Of a stretch of 64,000 nt of DNA, positions 36,360 through 46,641 are shown piece after piece. The translations under genes and the position numbers were made by a program. The notes beneath the pieces are model-generated. The model was not told where the DNA came from. It did no database searches and was given only the letters and a program-made list of their open reading frames with translations. Positions within the stretch are counted from its first letter, which is position 1; each line of letters starts with the position of its first letter. Origin of the DNA: an uncultured Candidatus Peribacteria bacterium (GTDB lineage Bacteria > Patescibacteriota > Gracilibacteria > UBA1369 > LOWO2-01-FULL-3); assembly GCA_964383675.1 (NCBI GenBank), contig CAYLHX010000003.1, forward strand, positions 2,412 through 66,411, written 5' to 3'.

Positions 36360-36395
36360 TTAAACTAGTTGACGCATTGTAATAAACAATTCTAA

Positions 36396-37772
36396 TTAAG
36401 GCTTGCGCTCCAGTTTTACCACGCATTCTATATGGAAAGTCTGGGGAAACATGTCCACCGGTTGAATGGATTTTACCTCATAACCATAGGCGGCCAACCA
36501 ATTGCAGTCCCGCGCCAAAGTCGAAGGATTACAGCTTACATAAACCAGTTCATCAACTGCGAAACCGTTAATCTTTTCAATCATTTTTTCGGTCAGACCG
36601 GCTCGCGGCGGGTCCAGCACAATTAATGAGGGGCGCTCTTGTAGATTTTTTAAAAGTTTGGCCACGTCTCCGATAAAAAAGTCGATATTTGAGATTTTAT
36701 TCCTTTCAGCGTTTGCTCTTGCCGATGTTACCGCATCGGGGTTCAGTTCGATGCCGTAAACATGTTTTACATGCTTGGCCATAAAAAGTCCGATGGTCCC
36801 GGTGCCGCAAAACAGATCGAAAACCACCTGGTGATTTCCATCCAAAACCAAATCAATCACCTGACTATACAAAACCTCTGCCTGGTAGGTATTAACCTGG
36901 AAAAAGGCCTGTGGCAAAATATCAAATTCCAGAGCGTCGCCGCTTGCCAAAATCATTTTTTCGGTTAAAGCCTTTTTGCCGTATAAAAGTTTTTCCTTTA
37001 AAGTTTTCGGCTGACCCCTCTTACTAATTACCTGGGTCCAATAGATCGAGCTCACTTCATCTTTAAGCAATTCAGTAAATTCGGCCAGCTCTGCCTCAAA
37101 GTTTTTATCGGTACTTTCCGAGGTACTTAAATTTATCATTACCTCACCGGTATGCTTGGCCTCGCGCACAAAAAGCGATCTGAGTAGTCCCTCTCCGGTT
37201 GAAAATTGGTAGGGGAGCCAGCCCTTTGCCTTCACGAAATCTCTAACCTTATTAACCAGCTTATAGGAAAACTCCGATTGCAAATGGCACTCCTCCGTAT
37301 CCAAAATATCGTATCTTCTTTTTGGTAAATGAAAGCCGAGCGTAAAGTTCATCTCTTCATCGTAGCCGAAAGAGAACTCCATCTTGTTTCGATAGTAGTA
37401 TTCCTCTTTAGCCGCAAGAGCGTCTTTTACCGGCGGATTATAAATCTTACCGATGCGCTCAAAAGCATCTATCACATGTTGCTTTTTAAACTCCAGCTGC
37501 TTTTCATAAGGCGCGAACTGCAGCTGACACCCCCCGCAGGTTCCGAAATAACGACACTTGGCCTCTCTTCGATCACTGGAAGGTTGTACCACCTCTACTA
37601 AATCGGCCTCCGCGTATTGTTTTTTTAATCTGGTAAAGCTGGCCTTCACCTTATCTCCCGGTAAAGTTTTCTCCACAAAAACCGTCATTCCCTCGAATTT
37701 ACCAATACCAGCGCCGCCAAAGGCCAGACGCTCCATCTCCAACTCCACAATTTGCCCCTTTTTTAATTGCAT
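36396..37772 (-). CDS. rlmD: 23S rRNA (uracil-5-)-methyltransferase, RumA/RlmD family
   Basis: TRAM-like N-terminus, Fe-S cysteines CRYFGTCGGCQLQ, SAM motif DLFCGTGTIG and C-terminal VDMFPQTFHIECV. Confidence 0.9.
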   Translation of the reverse strand: MQLKKGQIVELEMERLAFGGAGIGKFEGMTVFVEKTLPGDKVKASFTRLKKQYAEADLVEVVQPSSDRREAKCRYFGTCGGCQLQFAPYEKQLEFKKQHVIDAFERIGKIYNPPVKDALAAKEEYYYRNKMEFSFGYDEEMNFTLGFHLPKRRYDILDTEECHLQSEFSYKLVNKVRDFVKAKGWLPYQFSTGEGLLRSLFVREAKHTGEVMINLSTSESTDKNFEAELAEFTELLKDEVSSIYWTQVISKRGQPKTLKEKLLYGKKALTEKMILASGDALEFDILPQAFFQVNTYQAEVLYSQVIDLVLDGNHQVVFDLFCGTGTIGLFMAKHVKHVYGIELNPDAVTSARANAERNKISNIDFFIGDVAKLLKNLQERPSLIVLDPPRAGLTEKMIEKINGFAVDELVYVSCNPSTLARDCNWLAAYGYEVKSIQPVDMFPQTFHIECVVKLERKP

Positions 37773-37784
37773 AACCCAGCCATC

Positions 37785-38534
37785 TTAAGCGGACGTATCT
37801 GATTTGTCCACCTGAATCTTGGGAGCAGTTTCCAGAATGTTGCCAATGCCAATGTCAAAATGATGAGCCCTTTTAATAACCCTCTTCAAATGCATCCACA
37901 TTACAATCATCAAAGGCACAACCATAGCGATTAACCACACCACCTCCGAAAATAGCAAAAAGTTGAAGGTTCCATGATAAAAAACAGCGAAACCAAGACC
38001 TTTCCAGATCAAGAAATCACGTCGTTTCTCTTTGACCGCAAACTTGGCTATTCCGATATAAAAGCCCATAATCCCTGAGAACAAAGCATGTGCCGGTACT
38101 GAAAAAATCGCTCTGATCAGTGCAACCATAAAACCACCATCCAGAACATACATAATGTTTTCAACCGTTGCAAAGCCCAAACTGGCAATAATTGCGTAGG
38201 TAATACCATCCATGAACTCGTTAAAGTTTTGGTCATGATAAACATGGGTTTTGACTACCCAAAGCTTCAGTGCCTCTTCAACCAAAGCCGCGGTAACAAA
38301 GGCCGAAAGGAAAATGTAAATCCACTTATCTCTAAAGGGATCAAGAAAGCCGAGCTAGAACTCCTCCACAAATATCTCAATAAAAATGGCAAATACCGTT
38401 GCTAAAATACCCCAGCGGAAAATCTTCCACTTCAGTTTATGCGGCTCTTTATGCCCCTTATCCTGCCTCTCAAAATACCACAGCAAAAGAGCCGCCGGTA
38501 AAATGGAAAGTATAATTAGCAGAACAGTTTGCAT
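37785..38534 (-). pseudogene. PrsW-family intramembrane protease gene interrupted by an in-frame TAG
   Basis: Hand translation from the ATG at 38534 gives MQTVLLIILSILPAALLLWYFERQDKGHKEPHKLKWKIFRWGILATVFAIFIEIFVEEF, then TAG (38357..38355). The same frame continues LGFLDPFRDKWIYIFLSAFVTAALVEEALKLWVV... into the track ORF 37785..38285, which starts at a TTG. EExxK and HxxxN-type PrsW features lie in the downstream part. Confidence 0.6.
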
Positions 38535-38642
38535 TAGCTCGTTTAAAAGATTGACCTTGGCTAATTTATCAGGTGTCGACCACCTTGCCTAGTTGTAAAA
38601 AAAGGTGTTTTATGGTAAAATTAACAGAAGTAAACAATTAAC

Positions 38643-39398
38643 ATGTTTAAAGAAAAATATTTGGTTTGGTTTGCCGGAGTTGATGATTCAACCGGTCCGG
38701 AAGTGGAAGCAACAATGGATACAGTTGCCGATGAATCTCGAAACAGTGGTGACAAAGCCCGGCGCATTTTAGCGGCAATCGCCCCCGAACAGGTAAAAGA
38801 TCCTCAGCAGGCCTATGAAAACCTGCGTACCGCTTTGGAAATGTTAGAGAGAAAATTGCCGATCCGTGCGGACGATATCTATTTTGAAAAACTTCCCGGC
38901 TCCGCCGTTGGAGAAACAACTCATAAAGGGATTGCAGTTGATCACATTATGTTGATGCATCCCGCCGCACGTTTGGCACATGTTATCGCTCACGAGTGGG
39001 CCCACGCAGGTGGTCATATCCAGAACGAAGGATTGGTGGAACAATATATTCGAGTGCTCGGTTTTGCCGACGACGGTTTAAATGTAACCGATAAGTATAC
39101 TAAGGCTTTGGAGGATTTTAATGAATTTGTTGCCAGGGTAAGCCCCACAGGCGCAGCCGACCCCCAAACCGTGGAAAAAGTTTATGAACTTTACTACGGC
39201 AATCGCTTCAATGATTTATATGAGCTTTATGAGGAGAATTATTGGTCGGTAAAAGGAACCGCTAAAGAGCGTGATGAAGCCGAAGCTTTCTTCTGGCAAG
39301 TTTTTCCGGAACTGGATTACTCCGACACCGGCGAAACCGAACCAAAAAAGAGGGAGGCGCTTTATCCGGACTACGCCAATGAGGAAAAAGAAGGCTAA
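38643..39398 (+). CDS. Hypothetical protein with an HExxH motif
   Basis: VIAHEWAHAGGH is the only recognisable feature. The rest of the protein is acidic and unassigned. Confidence 0.45.
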   Translation: MFKEKYLVWFAGVDDSTGPEVEATMDTVADESRNSGDKARRILAAIAPEQVKDPQQAYENLRTALEMLERKLPIRADDIYFEKLPGSAVGETTHKGIAVDHIMLMHPAARLAHVIAHEWAHAGGHIQNEGLVEQYIRVLGFADDGLNVTDKYTKALEDFNEFVARVSPTGAADPQTVEKVYELYYGNRFNDLYELYEENYWSVKGTAKERDEAEAFFWQVFPELDYSDTGETEPKKREALYPDYANEEKEG

Positions 39399-41554
39399 AC
39401 TCCCTCAAAGTTTTCACGGAAGAACCATTTGATGACATTCCAATTATTGTCTCTCGGAAGCAGCGTGTAGGCCTGATTTTCATTTTCGCAGTTCGGTCTC
39501 GGCTGTCCGGCAGCCTCGGCTTCGGCAATCAGCTTACTGCAATTCTCCGCGGTTATATAAGGCGGCACATATAACACATTGCCCGAAGACATAACATTGT
39601 TGGATTTGATTTCATAGTTTTGATAGCGGAAGTAGTAGGCTATTGCCTCGTCCAGGGTGATGTCGGTCTCGGTTTTTGAAAGTACCACTTTTGCAATTTC
39701 ATAAATGGTATCGGCGTCACCGAAGCCAAAGTTGCGGGCCTTATCCTGTAAGGCTTCCAGAATCATCTGCTGTCTTTCGGCGCGGGCGAAGTCGGAAGAG
39801 GTATGACGGGTCCTCGCAAGGCGCAGAGCTTCTTTGCCACCGAGGTGGTAGTCGCCAGGCTCGTAGTGTAGGGTCCCTTCCACACCATTATCAATAGTTT
39901 TATAAGTGGGATCAATAACCGCCTGATCCAGATGAATATCGATACCGCCTATCAGGTCGATTACATCGATAAAGGCGTACATATCGATCAAAATAAACTT
40001 GTCCAACTCATAACCGGTAATGTCGCTTAAAACTTTTTTCAGCTCCTCCATACCGTAGTAATGGGGGAAGGAATTGATTTTACGGCCATTATAAAAAAGA
40101 TCCCTAGGGATGCTTATCATGCGAATGTCTCCACGCTCTTCATCGATGTGGGTGAAGATCATGGTGTCGACCAGACTGCCGTGCTTACCGGCAATTAGAA
40201 TATTGAAGGTGCTATCGTCATGGGAAAGTTCGTCACCGTATTCCGGAATTACGTCAGGAATCTCTAGAGTTTTTTTTTTGAACTCCGGATCAAAGAACAG
40301 GAGGTTTTCCGCGTTGGTGCCGTTGGCATCCACTATATTTATGACCCCCGTAGTCTTTTCCACCACCAGCGAACTTACCAGTTCACCGCCGGCATTCAAA
40401 ATGTCATAATAAATTCGTTCATCATCCTCGCGTGGTTGCTCGGAAACAGTGAAGCCGGTTTGATCCAATAAAAGCTTGAAGCCCTCATCGGCCAAAGTTT
40501 CTTTCAACTGAACCAAAGCTTCCTGTGCCTTCTTTTCCACAAAAGTTTTCGTGTCCAACTTCTTTAAGAAGGGAACCAAACCTTTATTTATATCGGTAAC
40601 CTGCAAAGATAGAGAACTGTCTTTCTTGTCCACCAGCCAAAGTTCCAGATTTGGTTGATCCAACAAAATCTCGGCGATTATCTCATTGGTCTTGTTGTAT
40701 ATGGCATAGCTCAATTTAAGATCCTGCTCGGTTGGCTGCGTTGCCAAAGTTATTTCCAGCTCAGCTAAAGCTTTTTGAGTATCGCTCGCGGATATTGCTG
40801 CGGCAATCTCCTCCTTCATCTTTTTCAGCTTTTCCAGATTGTTTTCCAGTACACTTTTATTGGCATTGATAAAGGTCTCCATCTCCTTAATAAAGGCTTC
40901 GGAATTTTCACTACCTACAGTTTCTTTTTTAAGTATGGTCTTCAAAAACAAGCTGCCATCCTCTTTAGAAAGATAGAAAAATATAAGTTCATCGTTGGCA
41001 TTATTTACAGAAAGGGTTACGCTTTCAGGCGTTTCTTGCAAAGCCGATAGGGTGAGATTGTTGTCACCCAAAAAATTCGCAAACTCCTCACTGTTGGTAA
41101 GGTCACTTAAAAACCCCTGATATTTTTTTACATCCTGTTCGACCTTCTTGGTTTTATTAAGGTAGTCTACGTATTGAAAAAGGGCCAGTTGAACTTGATT
41201 GGTATTTTTGCTGCCATCCTCGTTTTCCAGTCCTTCTATTTCTCCGAAATTCATATAGTTTTTCGTAGGCATTCTAAGAAACTCGCGGATTTCATTTAGA
41301 TCTTCTCCGAAACTGATATAGGCCTCCTTGATTTCACCAATTTCAGTAACCAAAGAGCTATCGCGACCTTCCAGAAATGAGAAAGTGCCGAGTACGCTTT
41401 GCAATTGAATGTACTGTATCAAAAAGAGCACTCCTATAACCGTGAAAATTGTATTTCTTTTCGTGAAAAAGGCCTTAATTCTCCCTTTTTCTTTATTTTT
41501 ATTTTCCTTTTGAGTCATCTGACTTGTAAAAAACTTTTGTACACGACCTGACAA
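39395..41554 (-). CDS. LytR-CpsA-Psr (LCP) family cell-envelope phosphotransferase with a long N-terminal extension
   Basis: The C-terminal part has MISIPRDLFYNGRKINSFPHYYG, HLGGKEALRLARTRHTSSDFARAERQQMILEAL. A TM anchor lies near the N-terminus, followed by about 400 aa containing three similar modules of roughly 90 aa. Confidence 0.8.
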   Translation of the reverse strand: MSGRVQKFFTSQMTQKENKNKEKGRIKAFFTKRNTIFTVIGVLFLIQYIQLQSVLGTFSFLEGRDSSLVTEIGEIKEAYISFGEDLNEIREFLRMPTKNYMNFGEIEGLENEDGSKNTNQVQLALFQYVDYLNKTKKVEQDVKKYQGFLSDLTNSEEFANFLGDNNLTLSALQETPESVTLSVNNANDELIFFYLSKEDGSLFLKTILKKETVGSENSEAFIKEMETFINANKSVLENNLEKLKKMKEEIAAAISASDTQKALAELEITLATQPTEQDLKLSYAIYNKTNEIIAEILLDQPNLELWLVDKKDSSLSLQVTDINKGLVPFLKKLDTKTFVEKKAQEALVQLKETLADEGFKLLLDQTGFTVSEQPREDDERIYYDILNAGGELVSSLVVEKTTGVINIVDANGTNAENLLFFDPEFKKKTLEIPDVIPEYGDELSHDDSTFNILIAGKHGSLVDTMIFTHIDEERGDIRMISIPRDLFYNGRKINSFPHYYGMEELKKVLSDITGYELDKFILIDMYAFIDVIDLIGGIDIHLDQAVIDPTYKTIDNGVEGTLHYEPGDYHLGGKEALRLARTRHTSSDFARAERQQMILEALQDKARNFGFGDADTIYEIAKVVLSKTETDITLDEAIAYYFRYQNYEIKSNNVMSSGNVLYVPPYITAENCSKLIAEAEAAGQPRPNCENENQAYTLLPRDNNWNVIKWFFRENFEGV

Positions 41555-41660
41555 TTTTATGGAAAAAAACTTCCCAGCGCAAACAAAAATAATTTAAGCT
41601 TGAAATTTCACATGCACTTCGTTAAATTTCCAGAAGCAATCAAGCTTCTTTAAAAAAATA

Positions 41661-41735
<75 letters not shown>

Positions 41736-41738
41736 AAA

Positions 41739-42869
41739 TCAATCTTCATCATGGACTGCCGGCACACTTTCAATGGGAAGAATTGAACAGTCTCCCTCCA
41801 TTCCCAGCATCGACGTGAGACCCTCCAGATGTCCCTTTCCGTAAACAACAACAAAAATTCTTTTCCCGGTTTTTCTATGTTCCTCCCAAAGTTTTTTTAC
41901 CGCCGCTAATGATCGATCATCCTTAACAATGGTCTCATAGTGTTTGTCCATCAATAGTCTGATCCCGTATACAACTCTATATTCATAGTGTACAAGATCC
42001 TCGCCTTCTTTCAATTTTATATCTTTTAAGTTTATTCCCAGCTGCTCTTCCGTCTTCCGCATCAGCTCTTGAAATTCCTCGCTATCTATCATTTCTCTAA
42101 ACATTTTATTTCTCTCTTTCGTATCTTTTTCCCTCACCGCCTTCTGATATAGCTCTCTATATTTCGGATTTTGGTCCGCGAAAGCAAAAAACGTATTTAT
42201 GATACATTTACAAAAAAGGTTATGATACTTGGATCTGGTTTCCTTGTCCGACCTGCTTGTGAGGTTCCGGAGAGTTTCAAATATAATCGCTTGAGCAAAG
42301 ATTCGTATCGGCAAATACTCTAGCGCCTTTACCTGAAGTTCGGGATCTTCCAGGGGAGTTACCTGATATTCGGGTTTAACCAACAAATGTTTAATCAATT
42401 CTTCTTCAGCATTAATCAATCTGATTCCCCGTTCCTTATCAACTTCGTGTCCGGCCCATCCTTCAATACCAACTCGATTAATTCCATACTCGGTCCTGAG
42501 CCATTCCAGGGTTTCCCACTCGATTTCCGGACTGCCGTGAGTGTCGTTCAAAATGATAAAAACGGGAGCATCAGGTGTTTCGCTGATTACCGGTTCACCA
42601 AGAATGCCTATCTTATCTGATTTTAAAATATCGCTAAAAAGATCTTGGGCGGTCAGGCATCCCCATTCAACAAGGTCGGCCATGCTTGCTTGTCTTTCAA
42701 AATGTGGTCCGGCGGAGGCAGAGGTTTCCATCCTCATCTCGCTGATCATAGCTGCGCATTGTGCAGCGTCGGGTGATTCAATAGGCGAATCCGGAGCCGC
42801 CTTGTGGGCTAAGGAACATCCTTCAATCAAACTCGCCAAAACCACTATGCTTTTTTGTGGTGATCTCAT
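41739..42869 (-). CDS. Hypothetical protein (weak resemblance to the Tiki/TraB/ChaN-type fold)
   Basis: The only hints are ILNDTHGSPE near the front and VVVYGKGHLEG near the end, which resemble the paired His motifs of that superfamily. This is weak evidence. Confidence 0.4.
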   Translation of the reverse strand: MRSPQKSIVVLASLIEGCSLAHKAAPDSPIESPDAAQCAAMISEMRMETSASAGPHFERQASMADLVEWGCLTAQDLFSDILKSDKIGILGEPVISETPDAPVFIILNDTHGSPEIEWETLEWLRTEYGINRVGIEGWAGHEVDKERGIRLINAEEELIKHLLVKPEYQVTPLEDPELQVKALEYLPIRIFAQAIIFETLRNLTSRSDKETRSKYHNLFCKCIINTFFAFADQNPKYRELYQKAVREKDTKERNKMFREMIDSEEFQELMRKTEEQLGINLKDIKLKEGEDLVHYEYRVVYGIRLLMDKHYETIVKDDRSLAAVKKLWEEHRKTGKRIFVVVYGKGHLEGLTSMLGMEGDCSILPIESVPAVHDED

Positions 42870-42972
42870 ATTAACTGTTATATGTAGAAAATGCCAGATT
42901 TAGGGAGTTGCGTCAAGCTTTCGTTGACTTTCTAAGCCTTTTCTTTTATATTAAGCATTCACCATTTGTAAA

Positions 42973-45024
42973 ATGACTATTCACACTAAATGTGATGTGG
43001 GCGGACTGGAGTCACAGGATATTAATATTATCCCTATTCCCGAATTTTTGATACCCGACAAAGCTGCCGATGATATTCGTAGAAGAGTTGCAGATAAAGC
43101 CGAAGGCACGATGGTGCGGGACGAGCCTTATCCAGAACCCCAAACTGGAGAATTCTCCTTCCATCCGGAATTCCTCGATGTCGCCAAGACCAGAGAGGCT
43201 TTGAAGTATTTATGGAAATTGGCTCAACGTAAGCCCTATGTGTCATTTTCTCGTGGACATTACAAATTGGCTTTTTGTTATGATGATGAAAGTGAAGACT
43301 TAATCTTCTCTATGGAAATTGATGGTGAATTTGATGCTTTTTGTGTAATCACCGGAAGTTCCATAGATGACGAGGATTCACCTCTCCCCTTAAATACGTT
43401 TAGCTTAACAGTTAATGACGCTTACACAAATAACAAAGAAGCTTTGGATGCTTGGCCGGATCAAGTAAAACGTCAGTTGACCGATCCGCAAATTTTATGT
43501 GGAAATTTACGTGACATACTTTTGACAGGATTACTGGCGCGTGTGCGGAAGATTATGGAAGATGACAAGATTTTTGATAAAAAGCAGAAAATCCTTGATG
43601 AGTGGAGAGCGGTATTTGGAGAAAAAATGCATGTTAGTTTTGCGGAAATGCTCGATAAGGACCCAATGTCCAAGGAACATGATCCCAAGTATTATAGGTT
43701 TATGGATGTGGGGAATCTTGATATTGATTCTGTCGCCGATCCGGAGCACTTTCCAAAGGATTCCGGTTGGGCGGTTGCCGTGACCATCGAAGGGGCCGGT
43801 CTTTGCATCAATTTAAATAATGGTTCGCAGCTTTCACTTGTTGAAATTGATGATTTGGGTCTGCGGAGCCTTAATAAAGGATCGCAAGCGGCTCGATCTC
43901 AAGGTGAATTGCAAAAACGAATACACGATAGGTTGCATGAGTTTGGTTTTCGCGATCGCACAGCAATTGATCATGTTGATAAGGCTTTGGAAGCCGTCAG
44001 TAAGAAAGTTATGCCCATATTGAGTTATCTGCAGAACGATGGTGGATGTGTTGAAATAGTTGGCGATAATATTTTTATCTTTGGTTGCCCTTTCAGGACG
44101 GGGGGCGCCAGAACTTATGTGCCTGCAATCTGCATTCCAGTGAATGCAACAACAATGCAGCGCCCTATGGCTGCACCGAGATATTTTTATAAGTCGGTCT
44201 CACAAGGAGCCTGGCGTAGTTGTCCCAGCATTACAAAGCGAGGAGAGGAGGATTATCATTTCTCCAAAGGTAATAATATTTCATATACTTTGGAAACCAG
44301 AGTGGTGCCGGAGCTTGAATCTGTTTTGGATGATCTTAGTTTGAATAATGAAGTGAGAACTTTGAAAACCGCCGATGCCAGACCGATTCAAGAGGCGATG
44401 TTGTTAGAGGGATCCGTTTGGGGAGAGTATGGCAAAGACCGGAAAAATGGTTATACCTATCCCGAAGAAGTTTCGGAGCATCCATTGAGTTTGGCGGGTG
44501 CTTTTAAACCTTTCAGTACAGCTTTTGATGATTGGGTAAGTAATAATATTCCGCCCTCATTTGCGGAGCTTGATTTTCCTGAGGGGTTTACTGAGTTAGA
44601 GCCGGATTTTCAAAACCCAATAGCCGTCAGGAAGGGAAGCCATGAAAAAGCCGGCGATTACACTGCGGAGATTTTTAAGTCCACATTCAACTATGAGGGA
44701 CATACATATGAACTGTTATGGGAATTTTCTTATGATAAAGATGGTAAAGTCTGGATATCAAATATCTATGATCCCAATGCTTCCGTCACAACCTATGGGA
44801 CAAGGGGATTGGTTCTGAGGGCGGGGGTTTTGACATCAAAACTGTATGAATACAAAAAGATGCTGAAGCCCAGAGAAATCTTGCATGACGAGGACCCCCA
44901 CTATAGAGAGATTGGGTATGACTTGATAGACAAGCTGCCATTAGTTCAAAGATTTAGAGCTGCAAGGGGTGTATTTTTGAATGGTATTGATTTTTTGAAG
45001 GACACCGCAAAATACGGTGAGTAG
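42973..45024 (+). CDS. Hypothetical protein, 683 aa, no recognisable domain
   Basis: A long uninterrupted ORF divergent from 41739..42869. I could identify no motif. Confidence 0.45.
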   Translation: MTIHTKCDVGGLESQDINIIPIPEFLIPDKAADDIRRRVADKAEGTMVRDEPYPEPQTGEFSFHPEFLDVAKTREALKYLWKLAQRKPYVSFSRGHYKLAFCYDDESEDLIFSMEIDGEFDAFCVITGSSIDDEDSPLPLNTFSLTVNDAYTNNKEALDAWPDQVKRQLTDPQILCGNLRDILLTGLLARVRKIMEDDKIFDKKQKILDEWRAVFGEKMHVSFAEMLDKDPMSKEHDPKYYRFMDVGNLDIDSVADPEHFPKDSGWAVAVTIEGAGLCINLNNGSQLSLVEIDDLGLRSLNKGSQAARSQGELQKRIHDRLHEFGFRDRTAIDHVDKALEAVSKKVMPILSYLQNDGGCVEIVGDNIFIFGCPFRTGGARTYVPAICIPVNATTMQRPMAAPRYFYKSVSQGAWRSCPSITKRGEEDYHFSKGNNISYTLETRVVPELESVLDDLSLNNEVRTLKTADARPIQEAMLLEGSVWGEYGKDRKNGYTYPEEVSEHPLSLAGAFKPFSTAFDDWVSNNIPPSFAELDFPEGFTELEPDFQNPIAVRKGSHEKAGDYTAEIFKSTFNYEGHTYELLWEFSYDKDGKVWISNIYDPNASVTTYGTRGLVLRAGVLTSKLYEYKKMLKPREILHDEDPHYREIGYDLIDKLPLVQRFRAARGVFLNGIDFLKDTAKYGE

Positions 45025-45045
45025 GTTTTAATGAATCAAAAGCAT

Positions 45046-45552
45046 TTATAATTTACGACTATCGTACGCCCAGTGTAACAGAGCTTGGCGTTGTTTGGGA
45101 CGGCAATCCCAATTTCCTTTTTCACAATTTTTCGTTAACTGCGAAATATGACGTTTCATGGCCTTCCATCTTTTAATTTGTCGTTTGTCTTCGTCGGGTG
45201 TTCGACGGCCCATATAGTAGCGGCAATACCACTGAAACCAGCCGCGAGGATCTTGCGGATGTATCCACCCTTTTTTCTTCCAATAGGAGAGTGGTTTGCT
45301 GGCATTGATTTGGAAAAAATTTAAACTTCGATCATGAAACTTTGGCGAAAGCTTTGCATTTTTAAAACAACTATCAGGGAATTCTTGCTTGCAGTCTGTC
45401 ATATATTTTCCACCAAAAACTCCTATTTCCAGCATCTGCTTCGGAGTAAGTTCCGGCTTAAATTCCAAATCAAAGTCTTTTCCCGCCTCTTTGACAAGTT
45501 CATAACTGTATCCTTTTTGCATTTTGTCGTTCACCAGAATTATTTTGCCCAT
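45046..45552 (-). CDS. Conserved-looking hypothetical protein
   Basis: 168 aa with a Trp/Arg-rich segment GWIHPQDPRGWFQWYCRYYMGRRTPDEDKRQIKRWKAMKRH. Function unknown. Confidence 0.45.
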   Translation of the reverse strand: MGKIILVNDKMQKGYSYELVKEAGKDFDLEFKPELTPKQMLEIGVFGGKYMTDCKQEFPDSCFKNAKLSPKFHDRSLNFFQINASKPLSYWKKKGWIHPQDPRGWFQWYCRYYMGRRTPDEDKRQIKRWKAMKRHISQLTKNCEKGNWDCRPKQRQALLHWAYDSRKL

Positions 45553-45573
45553 TTTGAACTTAATAATGAATTA

Positions 45574-46584
45574 CTATGCAATATTTGCTTTTTCCTTTAA
45601 AAAATTGGCCATGTCTCGATAGCCCTTCCTTGTTCTATGTACGCCATCACCACTCATCTCAAAACGTTGGCCGTGAACATCTACTACCATATCAACCAAC
45701 CCTCCCTGCTGCTTAATAATCCAATTATTTATCTCAACAGTTTGTGCTGCCAACTCTTCCGGCGAGTATGGATAGACACCTTTAACCTTTCCCCAACCCC
45801 TATTTTTCCATCTTTCCACCCAGATTGCGTGGAGCTTTTTCTCATGCCAATTAGGAATAGTACAGGCCACAACTTCCAGACCCGCCTGCTTGGCTGCGGC
45901 GAACATCGCCTGCAAATTTTTAATCACGTGCGCCGCCCCCTTCGTACTACTAATATCATTGAATCCCCCCATAACAACAATTCTCTTTGCGTTTGGATGA
46001 AGCCCCTCCCTCTTTTCCTTCAAAAAATTTAAGAACTGAGCAAGCATCCATCCTGTTTGTTTTGCACCTTTGTAAAGACTGTAAGCCCCCTCAATAAAGG
46101 GTTTCATGCCAACGGTAAGAGAATCTCCAATAAAAACGCTTTCGGATAGTGACACAGGCTCAAGCTCCCGCCCCTCTGAAACGGCTGCTTTAACATCTGC
46201 TGGCTCGATCTTTGTAAGCTCTTTTAACGATTCATCACCAACTTCACGCGTTAAATTGCGCTGGCCGCTTCTTAAAAGTCGCTCCTTCAGTTTTCGATTT
46301 GTATACGGTCCGAACATGGCATCACAGCCAAGACCGCTTTGGTTCATAGGGAACCCCAGTGCTTTTTGCAATTCAAAAACAGCTAGAGACAAAGATCTGT
46401 CATCATCAAATTCTATGGAAACTTCGGGAATTACCAGGGCGACTTCATTTTGGAACTGCTCAGTGGATTTACCTATCTTATTCAAAAACGCACGCGTGTA
46501 GCTTGCCCTGCCGCCGGCAGTTCTTTCAATTGCCTCTTGAAGATTAAGGGGCCGGTCTGAATTTCCTTCTGGTGATGGTCTCAA
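45574..46584 (-). CDS. Peptidoglycan-binding-domain protein fused to an SGNH/GDSL hydrolase
   Basis: PG_binding_1-like LAVFELQKALGFPMNQSGLGCDAMFGPYTNRKLKE, then SGNH blocks VFIGDSLTVG and VVMGGFNDI. The track start is a TTG, so the start is uncertain. Confidence 0.65.
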   Translation of the reverse strand: MRPSPEGNSDRPLNLQEAIERTAGGRASYTRAFLNKIGKSTEQFQNEVALVIPEVSIEFDDDRSLSLAVFELQKALGFPMNQSGLGCDAMFGPYTNRKLKERLLRSGQRNLTREVGDESLKELTKIEPADVKAAVSEGRELEPVSLSESVFIGDSLTVGMKPFIEGAYSLYKGAKQTGWMLAQFLNFLKEKREGLHPNAKRIVVMGGFNDISSTKGAAHVIKNLQAMFAAAKQAGLEVVACTIPNWHEKKLHAIWVERWKNRGWGKVKGVYPYSPEELAAQTVEINNWIIKQQGGLVDMVVDVHGQRFEMSGDGVHRTRKGYRDMANFLKEKANIA

Positions 46585-46641
46585 TTTTTGGGCTTATAAT
46601 CATCCCATTATATCAAAAAAAGCCCATTTTGGACAGCCAAG

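Noticed and set aside
38355-38357. The in-frame TAG in prsW as evidence of stop-codon reassignment.
   Set aside because: TAG terminates mazG (followed 3 nt later by the recJ start) and the SLH gene at 14482. TGA and TAA also terminate conserved genes at the expected positions. The code is therefore standard.
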